Shown here: positions 47,643 through 56,117 of the stretch, piece by piece
Numbering within the stretch: the first letter of the stretch is position 1
Layout of the letters: every line of letters begins with the position of its first letter
NCBI GenBank assembly: GCA_039630085.1
Contig: JBCNVM010000002.1
Location: 1-64,000 of the forward strand
Source: Candidatus Caldarchaeales archaeon
GTDB taxonomy: Archaea > Thermoproteota > Nitrososphaeria_A > Caldarchaeales > Calditenuaceae
DNA: 64,000 nt
Direction: 5' to 3'
Made by a program: the position numbers and the translations under genes
Notes under the pieces: model-generated
The model's input: only the letters and a program-made list of their open reading frames with translations
Database searches by the model: none
Told to the model about the DNA's origin: nothing

Positions 47643-48605
47643 ATGAAGTGCAGGGCGAGGGCGTTCACGATGCAGGCCCTCGTGAAGTACCACGGGATGA
47701 GGGACTGGGCCCTGAGGATTCCTTACCACGACAGCGTCTCCGTGAACACGGACGTCGCGTACGTCGACGCGGAGGTCGAGTTCGGCGACTTCGACTCGGA
47801 CTCGGTCGTCACGAACGGAGAGGTCGCGAGGGGCAGGTCGCTGGAGAGGGTGATCAGCGTGATAGACAGGGTCAGGTCGCTCGCGGGGATCGAGGAGAGG
47901 GTGAGGGTCGTCACGGAGAACCAGCCGAAGGTCAGGGCAAAGGGGATGGGCTACTCCGCGGCCGCGGGGGCATCGATCGCGAAGGCCGCGCTCCACGCCG
48001 CGGGGCTACGGGAGCTTGCGGAGGACCCGAGGTTCCTCTCGAGGGTCGCGAGGCTCCTCGCGGGCTCGGCCTGCAGGTCAGCGGTCGGGAAGTTCGCGAG
48101 GTGGTACGCGGGGACTTCCGACGAGGACAGCTACGCGGAGGCCTTCGCCGACGAGAGGGACATGGACCTGAGGTTCGTGATCGTCCCGCTCCACGCGGAC
48201 ATCGCCACCGAGGACGCCCACCGGGAGGCCGAGACCTCGCCCTTCTTCAGGGAGAGGATCAGGACCGCGAACGAGAGGTGCGACAGGGTCGTCAGGGCGA
48301 TTAAGGACGGAGACTTCGACGCGTTGGGGAGGCTGGTCGAGAGGGACAGCCTCGAGCTCCATGCTATCACAATGACGGGGGACTCGGGGCTCATTCCGGT
48401 CACGCCAGACTCGCTCAGGGTGATCTCGGTGGTGAAGTCCCTCAGGGCCAGGGGCATACCGGCCTACTACTCGATGCAGACGGGCCCGACGGTCTACGTC
48501 AACACCCTCCCCGAGCACGTCGAGGAGGTCGAGCTGGAGCTCAGGGGCGCGGGTTACTTCACGCTGGTCTCCGGCGTCGGCGGGGGAGCGACGGTCATAG
48601 AGTAG
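47643..48605 (+). CDS. mvaD: (Di)phosphomevalonate decarboxylase, GHMP family, haloarchaeal PMD-like
   Basis: Q.LVKYHGMRD...IPYHDS.SV, KGMG.SAA, AR..AGSACRS, E.DSL.LHA.TM, SMQTGPTVY.N. Confidence 0.85.
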   Translation: MKCRARAFTMQALVKYHGMRDWALRIPYHDSVSVNTDVAYVDAEVEFGDFDSDSVVTNGEVARGRSLERVISVIDRVRSLAGIEERVRVVTENQPKVRAKGMGYSAAAGASIAKAALHAAGLRELAEDPRFLSRVARLLAGSACRSAVGKFARWYAGTSDEDSYAEAFADERDMDLRFVIVPLHADIATEDAHREAETSPFFRERIRTANERCDRVVRAIKDGDFDALGRLVERDSLELHAITMTGDSGLIPVTPDSLRVISVVKSLRARGIPAYYSMQTGPTVYVNTLPEHVEEVELELRGAGYFTLVSGVGGGATVIE

Positions 48606-48635
48606 GCCTTCACGGGTGGGACGGGCGGAGCGGTT

Positions 48636-49526
48636 TTGAAGGTCGGGATCTGCGTCCCCAACTTCGGCAACAACCTCAGCAGGGAGCTCGTAGTGTCCTC
48701 CGCTGTCGAGGCCGAGCGGCTCGGATACGACTCGGTCTGGGTGACCGATCACATCGCCATCGGCGCGGCGCATACTTATCCCTACGGGAGGACATATGAG
48801 GCCGTCACGACCCTTGCCTATCTGGCCGCGAAGACGGAGTCGGTCAAGCTCGGGACATCGGTGATCGTCGCCCCTCTCAGGAACGCGGTCCTCATCGCGA
48901 AGCAGATGGCAACGCTCGACGTCCTCTCGGGCGGGAGGGTCATCGTCGGCCTCGGCGCGGGATGGGAGCCGACCGAGTTCAGGGCCCTCGGCTCGGACTT
49001 CAGGAGGAGGGGGAGGCTGCTCGACGAGCAGGTCAGGCTGATCAAGGCCCTCTGGTCTGGAAAGGCCCCGGATTTCGCCGGCGAGTTCCACAGGATCGCG
49101 GGCGTGCTCTTCAGCCCGGCCCCGGTCACCGCGGGAGGGCCGCCGATCTGGATCGGCGGGAACTCCGAGAGGGCGGTGAGGAGGGCCCTCGAGCTCGCCG
49201 ACGGCTGGCACTTCACCGGGATGCCCCTGGACGAGTTCGCGGAGCGGATGAGGCTTATCAGGTTCCGGTCGAGGGAGGGCTTCGTCGTCTCGGGGAGGAT
49301 CACGGTGAGGCTCGACCCGAGGGCGAAAGGCGAGGAGGTTCGGGCCGGGTCGGGGGAGAGGAGGTACGTCTTCGGCGGCGACGCGGGGCGGGTCGCTGAG
49401 GACCTCTCGAGGTACTTCGATCTTGGGCTCCAGTACCCGGTCGTCTACCTCGGCGACCTGAGACAGGACGAGCTCAGGGCGAAGATGAGGGAGTTCATCA
49501 GGGAAGTCGCGCCCTCTCTCCCCTAG
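48636..49526 (+). CDS. LLM-class F420-dependent oxidoreductase
   Basis: AE.LGYDSVWVTDH, LGTSV.V.P.R, LD.LSGGR...GLGAGW..EF, PIWIGGNS..A..RA...ADGW. Confidence 0.9.
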   Translation: MKVGICVPNFGNNLSRELVVSSAVEAERLGYDSVWVTDHIAIGAAHTYPYGRTYEAVTTLAYLAAKTESVKLGTSVIVAPLRNAVLIAKQMATLDVLSGGRVIVGLGAGWEPTEFRALGSDFRRRGRLLDEQVRLIKALWSGKAPDFAGEFHRIAGVLFSPAPVTAGGPPIWIGGNSERAVRRALELADGWHFTGMPLDEFAERMRLIRFRSREGFVVSGRITVRLDPRAKGEEVRAGSGERRYVFGGDAGRVAEDLSRYFDLGLQYPVVYLGDLRQDELRAKMREFIREVAPSLP

Positions 49527-49816
49527 ACCTCCGGGCAGGAGCAGGGCTTAGACCCGCACCGCGGGCACCTGTCCGCGTACTTCGACACGAAGGCCCTCTC
49601 CAAGTCGACGCCCAGCACGTTCGCGAGGCTCGCGAGCCAGGCCAGCACGTCTGCCAGCTCCTCCTCGACCCCGTTCCGGCCTTCCTTGACGACCGCGTCC
49701 GCGACCTCGCCGACCTCCGAGACTAGCCAGAGCAGCGTCCTCTCGGCGCCCCTCCTCGCGTCCTTGTGGCCGTAGAGCTCCCTCATCATCCTCTGGACCT
49801 CCGAGACCGTCGGCAT
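49523..49816 (-). CDS. MazG-like nucleotide pyrophosphohydrolase with C-terminal Cys cluster
   Basis: WL.SEVGE, EEELADVLAWL.S.AN..GVDL, KY..CP.C...PC.C. Confidence 0.9.
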   Translation of the reverse strand: MPTVSEVQRMMRELYGHKDARRGAERTLLWLVSEVGEVADAVVKEGRNGVEEELADVLAWLASLANVLGVDLERAFVSKYADRCPRCGSKPCSCPEV

Positions 49817-49853
49817 GCAGCGGAGAACTTCCGGCCCGGTAAAAATCTGACAG

Positions 49854-50213
49854 CTAGGCTCTGACCCTCCTGAAGAAGCAGGTCCTGTTCCCGGTGTGAC
49901 AGGCGGGGCCCTTGGGCCTGACGAGGTAGAGGAGGGTGTCGCCGTCGCAGTCGACCATCACGTCCACGACCTCCATCGTGTTCCCGGACTCCTCGCCCTT
50001 CATCCAGAGCCTGTTCCTCGACCTGCTCCAGAAGTACGCCCTCCCCTCCCTGAGCGTCGCCTCGAGGGCCTCCCTGTTCGCGAAGGCGACCATCAGGACC
50101 TCCCTGGTCTCGGCGTCCTGGACGACCACCGGCACGAGCCCGTTCGCCTTCGAGAAGTCGACGTCGCTGGGACCTACGGAGCTCAAAGCCTCACCTCCAC
50201 GCCTCTCGACCAT
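49854..50213 (-). CDS. hisI: Phosphoribosyl-AMP cyclohydrolase
   Basis: GLVPVVVQD, WSRSR..LW.KGE.SGN, DCDGD, ACHTG..TCF. Confidence 0.95.
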   Translation of the reverse strand: MVERRGGEALSSVGPSDVDFSKANGLVPVVVQDAETREVLMVAFANREALEATLREGRAYFWSRSRNRLWMKGEESGNTMEVVDVMVDCDGDTLLYLVRPKGPACHTGNRTCFFRRVRA

Positions 50214-50950
50214 AGGTACTCCTTCACCTGCCTCACGGTCAGCTTCCCGTAGTGGAAGACCGATGCCGCGAGCACCGCGTCAGCCCCTCCCTCCGCGATC
50301 GCAGCGTGGAAGTCCTCGAGGGTTCCTGCGCCTCCGCTGGCTATCACCGGTACGTTCACGGAGCTTGTTATCCTGCGGAGCAGCTCGACGTCGTATCCCA
50401 GCTGCCTCCCGTCCCTGTCTATCGAGGTGACCAGCAGCTCGCCCGCTCCCAGCTCCGCGGCCCTCACGGCCCACTCCTCCGCGGTCAGGTTGGTCGACCT
50501 CGTCCCCGAGTGGGTGTAGACCCTGTAGACGGCTCTTCCACCTGAGGCCTCCCTCGCCGCGTCGATCGCGACCACGACGCACTGGTCGCCGTACCTCCTC
50601 GAGAGCCTCGAGATCAGCTCCGGCCTCTCGACGGCCATCGTGTTGATCGAGACCTTGTCGGCGCCGTTCCTCAGCAGCGCCTCCGCGTCAGCAGGGCTCC
50701 TGACCCCTCCCCCGACCGTGAAGGGTATGTCGATCTCCTCAGCGACCCTCCTGACGACCTCGACCGTCGCGGCCCTCCCCTCGACCGAGGCCGAGACGTC
50801 CAGAAAGACCAGCTCGTCGGCTCCCTCCTGGACGTACCTCTCGGCCAGCTCGACCGGGTCTCCCGCGTCCCTCAGTCCCCTGAACGAGACCCCCTTCACG
50901 ACCCTGCCCTTGTCCACGTCGAGGCACGGGATCACCCTCTTGGCTACCAT
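50183..50950 (-). CDS. hisF: Imidazole glycerol phosphate synthase cyclase subunit
   Basis: KRVIPCLDV..GRVVKG, GADELVFLD, VGGG, TSIDRDG, IASGGAG, LAASVFH. Confidence 0.96.
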   Translation of the reverse strand: MVAKRVIPCLDVDKGRVVKGVSFRGLRDAGDPVELAERYVQEGADELVFLDVSASVEGRAATVEVVRRVAEEIDIPFTVGGGVRSPADAEALLRNGADKVSINTMAVERPELISRLSRRYGDQCVVVAIDAAREASGGRAVYRVYTHSGTRSTNLTAEEWAVRAAELGAGELLVTSIDRDGRQLGYDVELLRRITSSVNVPVIASGGAGTLEDFHAAIAEGGADAVLAASVFHYGKLTVRQVKEYLWSRGVEVRL

Positions 50951-51052
50951 CCGCAACCCCCCTTCGTCTCCCCTCATTTAACCCGAGCGCCGGATCGGCG
51001 GCCGCGCGATGGGCTTATCAACATCGGGAGCGCTCGAGACGAAGGAGCGCTG

Positions 51053-52006
51053 ATGGAGGCGAGGGCCGAGGAGGTCGAGGCGGTGATCGGGAGGCTGAGG
51101 GCCGAGTTCGAGCAGCACATGGGCAAGAAGCTCAGGTCCGAGCCCAGCGGCCGTCTGATCTCGGAGGTCGTCGAGGGAGGGAAGAGGCTGAGGCCCGCGT
51201 TCCTCCTCATGGTCTTCGAGTGCCTGAACGGGAGGGACCGGGAGATGGCCCTAGACGTCGCTTACGCCCTCGAGCTGGCCCACAACGCGTCCCTCGTCCA
51301 CGACGACATCATCGACCTCGACTTCACGAGGAGGGGGAGGCCTTCGCTCTGGAGGAGGATCGGGATCGGGAGGGCCGTGATCGAGGGTCACAGGATCATC
51401 AACGTCGCGTTCTCCACTGCCCTCGAGAAGGGACAGGAGATCGCGAGGATCTTCTTAGAGGCATGGGACAAGGCTTCCCTCGGCGTGTTGGAGGAGATAG
51501 CCGCTACCAAACCGCCCTCCGAGATCTTCTACCAAAGGGTCATCGAGCATAAGACGGGGAGCCTCTTCGCAGCCGCAGCTGAGTCGGCGGCCGTATGCGC
51601 TGGCGCCGAGGGTCCGTTCAGGGAGGCGATCAAGCGATACGGGCTGCTCGTCGGGACCGCGTACCAGATTGCGGACGACATCGTCGAGCTGAGAAAGAGG
51701 CCGCTCGGGCTCAGCCTGATGCTCGCGCTGACCAGGGTCGAGGACGCGTTCGTGAAGTTCGCGTTAGCCCTGAGGACCAAGTCCCTGAGGGCGCTCCTGA
51801 GCTTCGCGAAGGTCCGCGGGAAGGACGTCAGCTTCTTCACATCGCTGCTGGAGGAGAAGCTGGAGGAGATCGACAGGTTGGTCGACTCGCTCCCCCTTGA
51901 CCCCGACAGGAAGGTCCTCCTCAAGTCCTTCCCCAGGTACTGCGTAAGGGAGATGTTGAAGGAGGGCAGGGTCGATGTCAGCTCGCTGCGAGTCCTGCGG
52001 GGCTGA
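51053..52006 (+). CDS. trans-Polyprenyl diphosphate synthase
   Basis: GGKRLRP, ASLVHDDIID...RRG, KTGSLF, YQIADD. Confidence 0.9.
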   Translation: MEARAEEVEAVIGRLRAEFEQHMGKKLRSEPSGRLISEVVEGGKRLRPAFLLMVFECLNGRDREMALDVAYALELAHNASLVHDDIIDLDFTRRGRPSLWRRIGIGRAVIEGHRIINVAFSTALEKGQEIARIFLEAWDKASLGVLEEIAATKPPSEIFYQRVIEHKTGSLFAAAAESAAVCAGAEGPFREAIKRYGLLVGTAYQIADDIVELRKRPLGLSLMLALTRVEDAFVKFALALRTKSLRALLSFAKVRGKDVSFFTSLLEEKLEEIDRLVDSLPLDPDRKVLLKSFPRYCVREMLKEGRVDVSSLRVLRG

Positions 52007-52100
52007 GCTCAGGCGGATCAACGTCTTGAGGGGCCGGGTCCTCTGCGACCGCTGCTACGAGGCCGCGTCGGGGCCGGCCGGCGGGGTGTGCCTCCACTGA
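51975..52100 (+). CDS. Small CxxC...CxxC zinc-finger protein (41 aa, absent from the ORF track)
   Basis: MSARCESCGAELRRINVLRGRVLCDRCYEAASGPAGGVCLH. GGAGG lies upstream, and its TGA runs into the GAGGTGAGG ribosome-binding site of the next gene. Confidence 0.7.
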   Translation: MSARCESCGAELRRINVLRGRVLCDRCYEAASGPAGGVCLH

Positions 52101-52109
52101 GGTGAGGCC

Positions 52110-53696
52110 TTGGACCTACTGGAGATTCTGACGGCTGTCGGCGCCTCCTGGCTGCGGATACTGGTGGCACTGGCCGTCTCGGTCCTCGCGGCCGTTCCGA
52201 TCGGCATCGCGTCCGCCCTCAACAGGAGGGTCGAGTGGCTGGTCGTCCCGGTGCTCGACGTACTACAGAGCGTCCCGATCCTCGGCTTCTTCCCGATCGC
52301 GGTCATCTCCCTCGCCAGGGTCTCGCCGGTCCTCGGGCCCGAGCTCGCCTCGGTCTTCCTGATCTTCACCTGCACCTTCTGGAACTTTGCGTTCGGCGTC
52401 TACGAGTCCGTCAGGAGCATCCCGGTCGAGCTGAGGGAGGGCATAAGGCTCTGGAACCTCCCCTTCCCCGAGAGGCTGACGAAGGTCTACCTCCCGGCCG
52501 CAGCACCTAGGGTCCTCTCGAACCTACAGCCCTCCACGGCGAACGCTTGGTTCTTCCTCTCCGCGAGCGAGGTGATGGTCCTCGGAAGGGAGGAGCTCAG
52601 GGTCCACGGGGTCGGTTACCTGGTCGAGAAGTACGCGGCCGCCGGCGACGCCGCCTCGCTCGCGGTCCTGCTCTCGCTGACGCTGTTCACGATAGGAGTG
52701 GTCCAGTTCGCGGTCTACGGTCCGATCGTCACCAAGGCCGTCGAGGGGGACTTCGAGCACGAGGTGAGGCTCGCGCCACCCAGGGCCCTCGTCACGGGGA
52801 TATCGGCGATCGCCTCCGGGTTCAGGACGTTCGGCGACGCAGGCCTAGGAAGGTTAGCTCGGATGAAGCAGATCAGGGTGCCGCTGCAGGTCTTCCACGT
52901 CGTCCAGTCCCGCGTCCGGATCGTCCCCTGGGTCGCGGCCGTCGCGGCGGTCGTCCTCGGCGCGGCCTCGGTCTCCCTCGCGGCGGAGTACGGGCCCGAC
53001 CTCTATGAGTCCCTCCGCCTCGGGCTCTCCAGGCTCTCGGGCGTCGACTGGCTCGGGGTCTCCGCGGCCCTCGCCGTCTCCACGGCCCGCGTGCTGGCGG
53101 TCCTCGCGATAGCGGCCGCCTGGTCTATCCCGGTCGCCTACTTCTTCGCCGTTCGGGAGGGGCTCAGGAGGGCCCTCCTTCCGGTCGTGCAGGTGATCGC
53201 CTCCTTCCCTGCTCCCCTCCTCTTCCCGGTCCTCGCGCCGGCTCTAGCCTCGCTGGGGCGCCTCGGGCTGGAGGGCGCGTCGATACTGATGATGCTGATC
53301 GGGTCGCAGTACTACGTCTTCTACTCGGTCCTCTCGGGCTTCATGAGGGTCGACAGGTCCTACGGCGAGCTCTCGAGCCTCTGCGGCCTCGGGTTCGGAT
53401 ACTCCCTCTCGACGATCTACCTGCCCTACGCGCTGCCCTCGCTGATCACCGGAGCGATCACGACCGCTGGCGGGGCCTGGAACGCGACCGTGGTGGCCGA
53501 GGCGGTCGAGGTCGGCGGCGTGGTCTACGAGACTCCCCTGCCCGGTCTGGGGAAGGTCATCGCGGGCGCGGCCCTCTCCGGGGACGTCTTCTCACTCTCG
53601 GTCTACGTGAGCGTCATGACCCTCTTCATCGTCGCCCTCAACAGGACGCTCTGGAGGAGGCTCTACGACTGGTCCGTGGGGCTCGTGGCAGGCTAA
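52110..53696 (+). CDS. ABC transporter permease, duplicated domain (NitT/TauT type)
   Basis: LDVLQSVPILGFFP, WN..FGVYES...IP, second half SFPAPLLFP, PSLITG..T..GGAWNA.VVAE. Confidence 0.88.
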   Translation: MDLLEILTAVGASWLRILVALAVSVLAAVPIGIASALNRRVEWLVVPVLDVLQSVPILGFFPIAVISLARVSPVLGPELASVFLIFTCTFWNFAFGVYESVRSIPVELREGIRLWNLPFPERLTKVYLPAAAPRVLSNLQPSTANAWFFLSASEVMVLGREELRVHGVGYLVEKYAAAGDAASLAVLLSLTLFTIGVVQFAVYGPIVTKAVEGDFEHEVRLAPPRALVTGISAIASGFRTFGDAGLGRLARMKQIRVPLQVFHVVQSRVRIVPWVAAVAAVVLGAASVSLAAEYGPDLYESLRLGLSRLSGVDWLGVSAALAVSTARVLAVLAIAAAWSIPVAYFFAVREGLRRALLPVVQVIASFPAPLLFPVLAPALASLGRLGLEGASILMMLIGSQYYVFYSVLSGFMRVDRSYGELSSLCGLGFGYSLSTIYLPYALPSLITGAITTAGGAWNATVVAEAVEVGGVVYETPLPGLGKVIAGAALSGDVFSLSVYVSVMTLFIVALNRTLWRRLYDWSVGLVAG

Positions 53697-53697
53697 G

Positions 53698-54333
53698 TCA
53701 CTCCACCACGAACCTGCCCCACATCCCGAGCGTGACGTGTCCCGGAACGTTGCAGACGTAGAAGTAGGTCCCCGGCCTCCCTGCGACGAAGTAGATCGTG
53801 ACGCTCTGTCCCGGCGCTAAGGGGTTAGAGGGCGTCCCCGCCTGGGCGCTTGGAAAGGACGGTGACGCACTCGGGTCCTCCCTCAGCTCGTTGACGACCG
53901 TGAGGACGTGGACCGCGTTCCCGACGTTCACGAGGGTCAGCTTCACCAGCGAGCCCCTCTTCACCCTGATCTCGGGACCGGGCGTCGTTATCGAGTCCCT
54001 GCTTGTCCCGAACCCGAAGTCTCCCGCGTAGACCACGAGCTCAACGTCGGGCTCCCGCGCCGGTGCCTGCTGCTGAGGCTGAGGTTGCGGGGGATTCCCC
54101 CACGTCCAGCCCATGCACGGACAGACTCCCATCATCCTGCCCATCCAGCCCCAAGCGTAGGGCCCCATCGCGCGGCTCCAGGCCTGTGGGGTCGACTGCT
54201 GCGGAACCGTCGGCGCGCCCCACGTCTGAGGCGCCGGCCGCTGAACAGCCGGTGCGATCACAGCAAAGACTACAGCCGTCGAGAGGGCGATCGCTGCCGC
54301 GGCTGTGAGGACCAAGACCATCCATCCCCTCAT
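53698..54333 (-). CDS. Membrane-anchored blue (type 1) copper protein, sulfocyanin/rusticyanin-like, with Met/Trp-rich linker
   Basis: N-terminal TM, N....H, C-terminal YFYVCNVPGHVTLGMWG (C-x4-H-x4-M ligand loop). Start estimated at ATG 54333. Confidence 0.88.
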   Translation of the reverse strand: MRGWMVLVLTAAAAIALSTAVVFAVIAPAVQRPAPQTWGAPTVPQQSTPQAWSRAMGPYAWGWMGRMMGVCPCMGWTWGNPPQPQPQQQAPAREPDVELVVYAGDFGFGTSRDSITTPGPEIRVKRGSLVKLTLVNVGNAVHVLTVVNELREDPSASPSFPSAQAGTPSNPLAPGQSVTIYFVAGRPGTYFYVCNVPGHVTLGMWGRFVVE

Positions 54334-54378
54334 GCCCGCCCACCACGTATTGCCCTCGACCGGATTTTGGGCCTTGGG

Positions 54379-55089
54379 TGAAACGGTCTGAAACGCTCTC
54401 GTCTCCTTCAGGGCGCTCAACGCTGCCGGGTCCTTCAGAGCTCCGTTTCAACGAGACTTAATCCGCAGGCCCTGGACAACTGGTTCGACGATGAGGTACC
54501 GGTGCAGGAGGTGCGGAGCGACCTTCGGGTCCGAGAACGCCCTTCGGGCCCATGAGAGGGCCAGGCACCCCCTTCGCTTCTACGGTGTCAGGCTGGGATA
54601 CCTCTCTGCGGTAGCGGTCGCGCTCCTGTTGGGCGGATACTTGGTGCTGAGCAGGCAGCCACCTCCCAGCGTCGTCGGCGCGCCCATCTCCGGCATCGAG
54701 TGCTGGTCTGGGGAGCAGACGGCCTATCACGTCCACGCGATCCTCGAGATCTACGTGAGGGGACAGAGGAGGGAAGTTCCGGCCAACGTCGGCGTCGTCC
54801 CCAACAGGTGCATGTACTGGGTCCACACTCACGACCCGACGGGGGTCATACACGTCGAGGCTCCGAGGAGGATCAGAGCGACCCTCGGCCAGTTCTTCGA
54901 CGTTTGGGGCCAGCCGATGGGCGAGGAGGGGGTGCTCGACATTGACCTCAGGGGCTCGGGGATGAAGTTGCGCGTCTACGTCGACGGCCAGCCTTACTAC
55001 GGCGACCCGAGGGAGATCGAACTGGTGGACATGAGGCGGATCGTGATGGACGTCGGCCCGCCCTTCGCGGTCTCCTGAGCTCCGTTTCA
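54379..55089. repeat. Dispersed CGTTTCA/TGAAACG boxes, including a 13-bp direct repeat GAGCTCCGTTTCA
   Basis: TGAAACG at 54379-54385 and 54389-54395; GAGCTCCGTTTCA at 54438-54450 and 55077-55089. Confidence 0.75.
54491..55078 (+). CDS. C2H2 zinc finger + TM + His-rich putative metal-binding domain protein
   Basis: YRCRRCGATFGSENALRAHERARH, one TM, then C....YHVH...C.YWVHTHD.TG.IHVE..TLGQFF..WG. Confidence 0.8.
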   Translation: MRYRCRRCGATFGSENALRAHERARHPLRFYGVRLGYLSAVAVALLLGGYLVLSRQPPPSVVGAPISGIECWSGEQTAYHVHAILEIYVRGQRREVPANVGVVPNRCMYWVHTHDPTGVIHVEAPRRIRATLGQFFDVWGQPMGEEGVLDIDLRGSGMKLRVYVDGQPYYGDPREIELVDMRRIVMDVGPPFAVS

Positions 55090-55147
55090 TCGCGTGCCAA
55101 GAACACCTTTTTCTTTCAACCCTTTTATGCAGGAGGGTGATGCGGGC

Positions 55148-55519
55148 TTGACGTCCGTTCAGAAACCCGTAGCGGCCTTCGCCGTCTCATTCGTCGCCGG
55201 GGTCCTCATGGTCGTCGGAGGCGTGACGGGGCTCGCGGTATGGGCCTGGTGGAGCTGGACGCCCACGTGGAGCCGGATGATGCCGATGTGGGGGATGATG
55301 GGGTCGCTATGGCTGGCCTTATCCTCGGTAGGCCTCCTGTCGGGCGCGGTGGTCCTCGCCGCCGCCCTCCTGCTGTCCAGCCGTCCGGAGCAGGCCCAAA
55401 CCCGGCGAACGGTCATTCTCGTCTTCTCGGCCGTCGGCCTCCTGGGCATGGGAGGCTTCGTCATCGGCGCGGTCCTCGGCATCACAGGCGAGCTCCTTGC
55501 GCTGGTCTGGAGGGTCTGA
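55148..55519 (+). CDS. Small Met-rich membrane protein
   Basis: GGAGGGTGA ribosome-binding site before TTG; 3-4 TMs; loop WSRMMPMWGMMG; C-terminal GGFVIGAVLGITG. Confidence 0.7.
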   Translation: MTSVQKPVAAFAVSFVAGVLMVVGGVTGLAVWAWWSWTPTWSRMMPMWGMMGSLWLALSSVGLLSGAVVLAAALLLSSRPEQAQTRRTVILVFSAVGLLGMGGFVIGAVLGITGELLALVWRV

Positions 55520-55563
55520 GGTCGCAGGAGAGGTCCCGAACGCGTCGCACCAGGTCGAAGCTC

Positions 55564-55821
55564 TTACCCTCTTCGCGTGAAGGCCTCGATCCCGCCCAGA
55601 GACTTCTCCATCGCGGAGATCCACCTGAGGAACGAGTTCGCGGCGGCCCTCATCGCGACCGTGTCGTCGGCCTCGATCTCGAGCTTCAGGGCTTCCCCGG
55701 AGCACTCGACGTTGGCGGCGGACCTGCCTCCCGGAAGAGGGCCTGCCTCCGGCCGAAGGGCTTCGAAGAGGATCTGGGCGTGCGGGCTCACCAGCGTGAC
55801 GGAGAGCTTGCAGGGGTGCAT
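55564..55821 (-). CDS. pcc1: KEOPS complex subunit Pcc1
   Basis: ALRPE, L.IEADD..AMRAAANSFLRW; follows L37ae as is usual in archaea. Confidence 0.88.
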   Translation of the reverse strand: MHPCKLSVTLVSPHAQILFEALRPEAGPLPGGRSAANVECSGEALKLEIEADDTVAMRAAANSFLRWISAMEKSLGGIEAFTRRG

Positions 55822-55824
55822 CGC

Positions 55825-56040
55825 TCAGGTCGGGCTCGGAGCCCAGGCTCCGCCGGCGAACTTGTGACCGCACTTCCTGCACTGCCAGATACCGACCGCG
55901 ACCCTCCTGACCGTGACCCTGCCGCACCGTTCGCACTTGTAGGTGGCGTACTGGGTCTTCTCCAGCTCCTCCACCCTCTTCCTCAACCTGGCCCCGTATC
56001 TCGCTCCGAACCTCCTCGTCGTGCCCTCTCCCGCCCTCAT
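55825..56040 (-). CDS. rpl37ae: 50S ribosomal protein L37ae
   Basis: RFGARYG..LRK, Y.C..CG...V.R...GIW.C.KC...FAGGAW.P. Confidence 0.96.
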   Translation of the reverse strand: MRAGEGTTRRFGARYGARLRKRVEELEKTQYATYKCERCGRVTVRRVAVGIWQCRKCGHKFAGGAWAPSPT

Positions 56041-56117
56041 GCCCCACAACCACCTCGGGCCGTTATTTCTAGCTGTTCAGACGGTCTCAGGTTTATCTCT
56101 CCGTACGGGGCACTAGG

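Noticed and set aside
54379-55089. TGAAAC motifs as a degenerate CRISPR mini-array
   Set aside because: Copies are short, in both orientations and irregularly spaced, with a gene between them.
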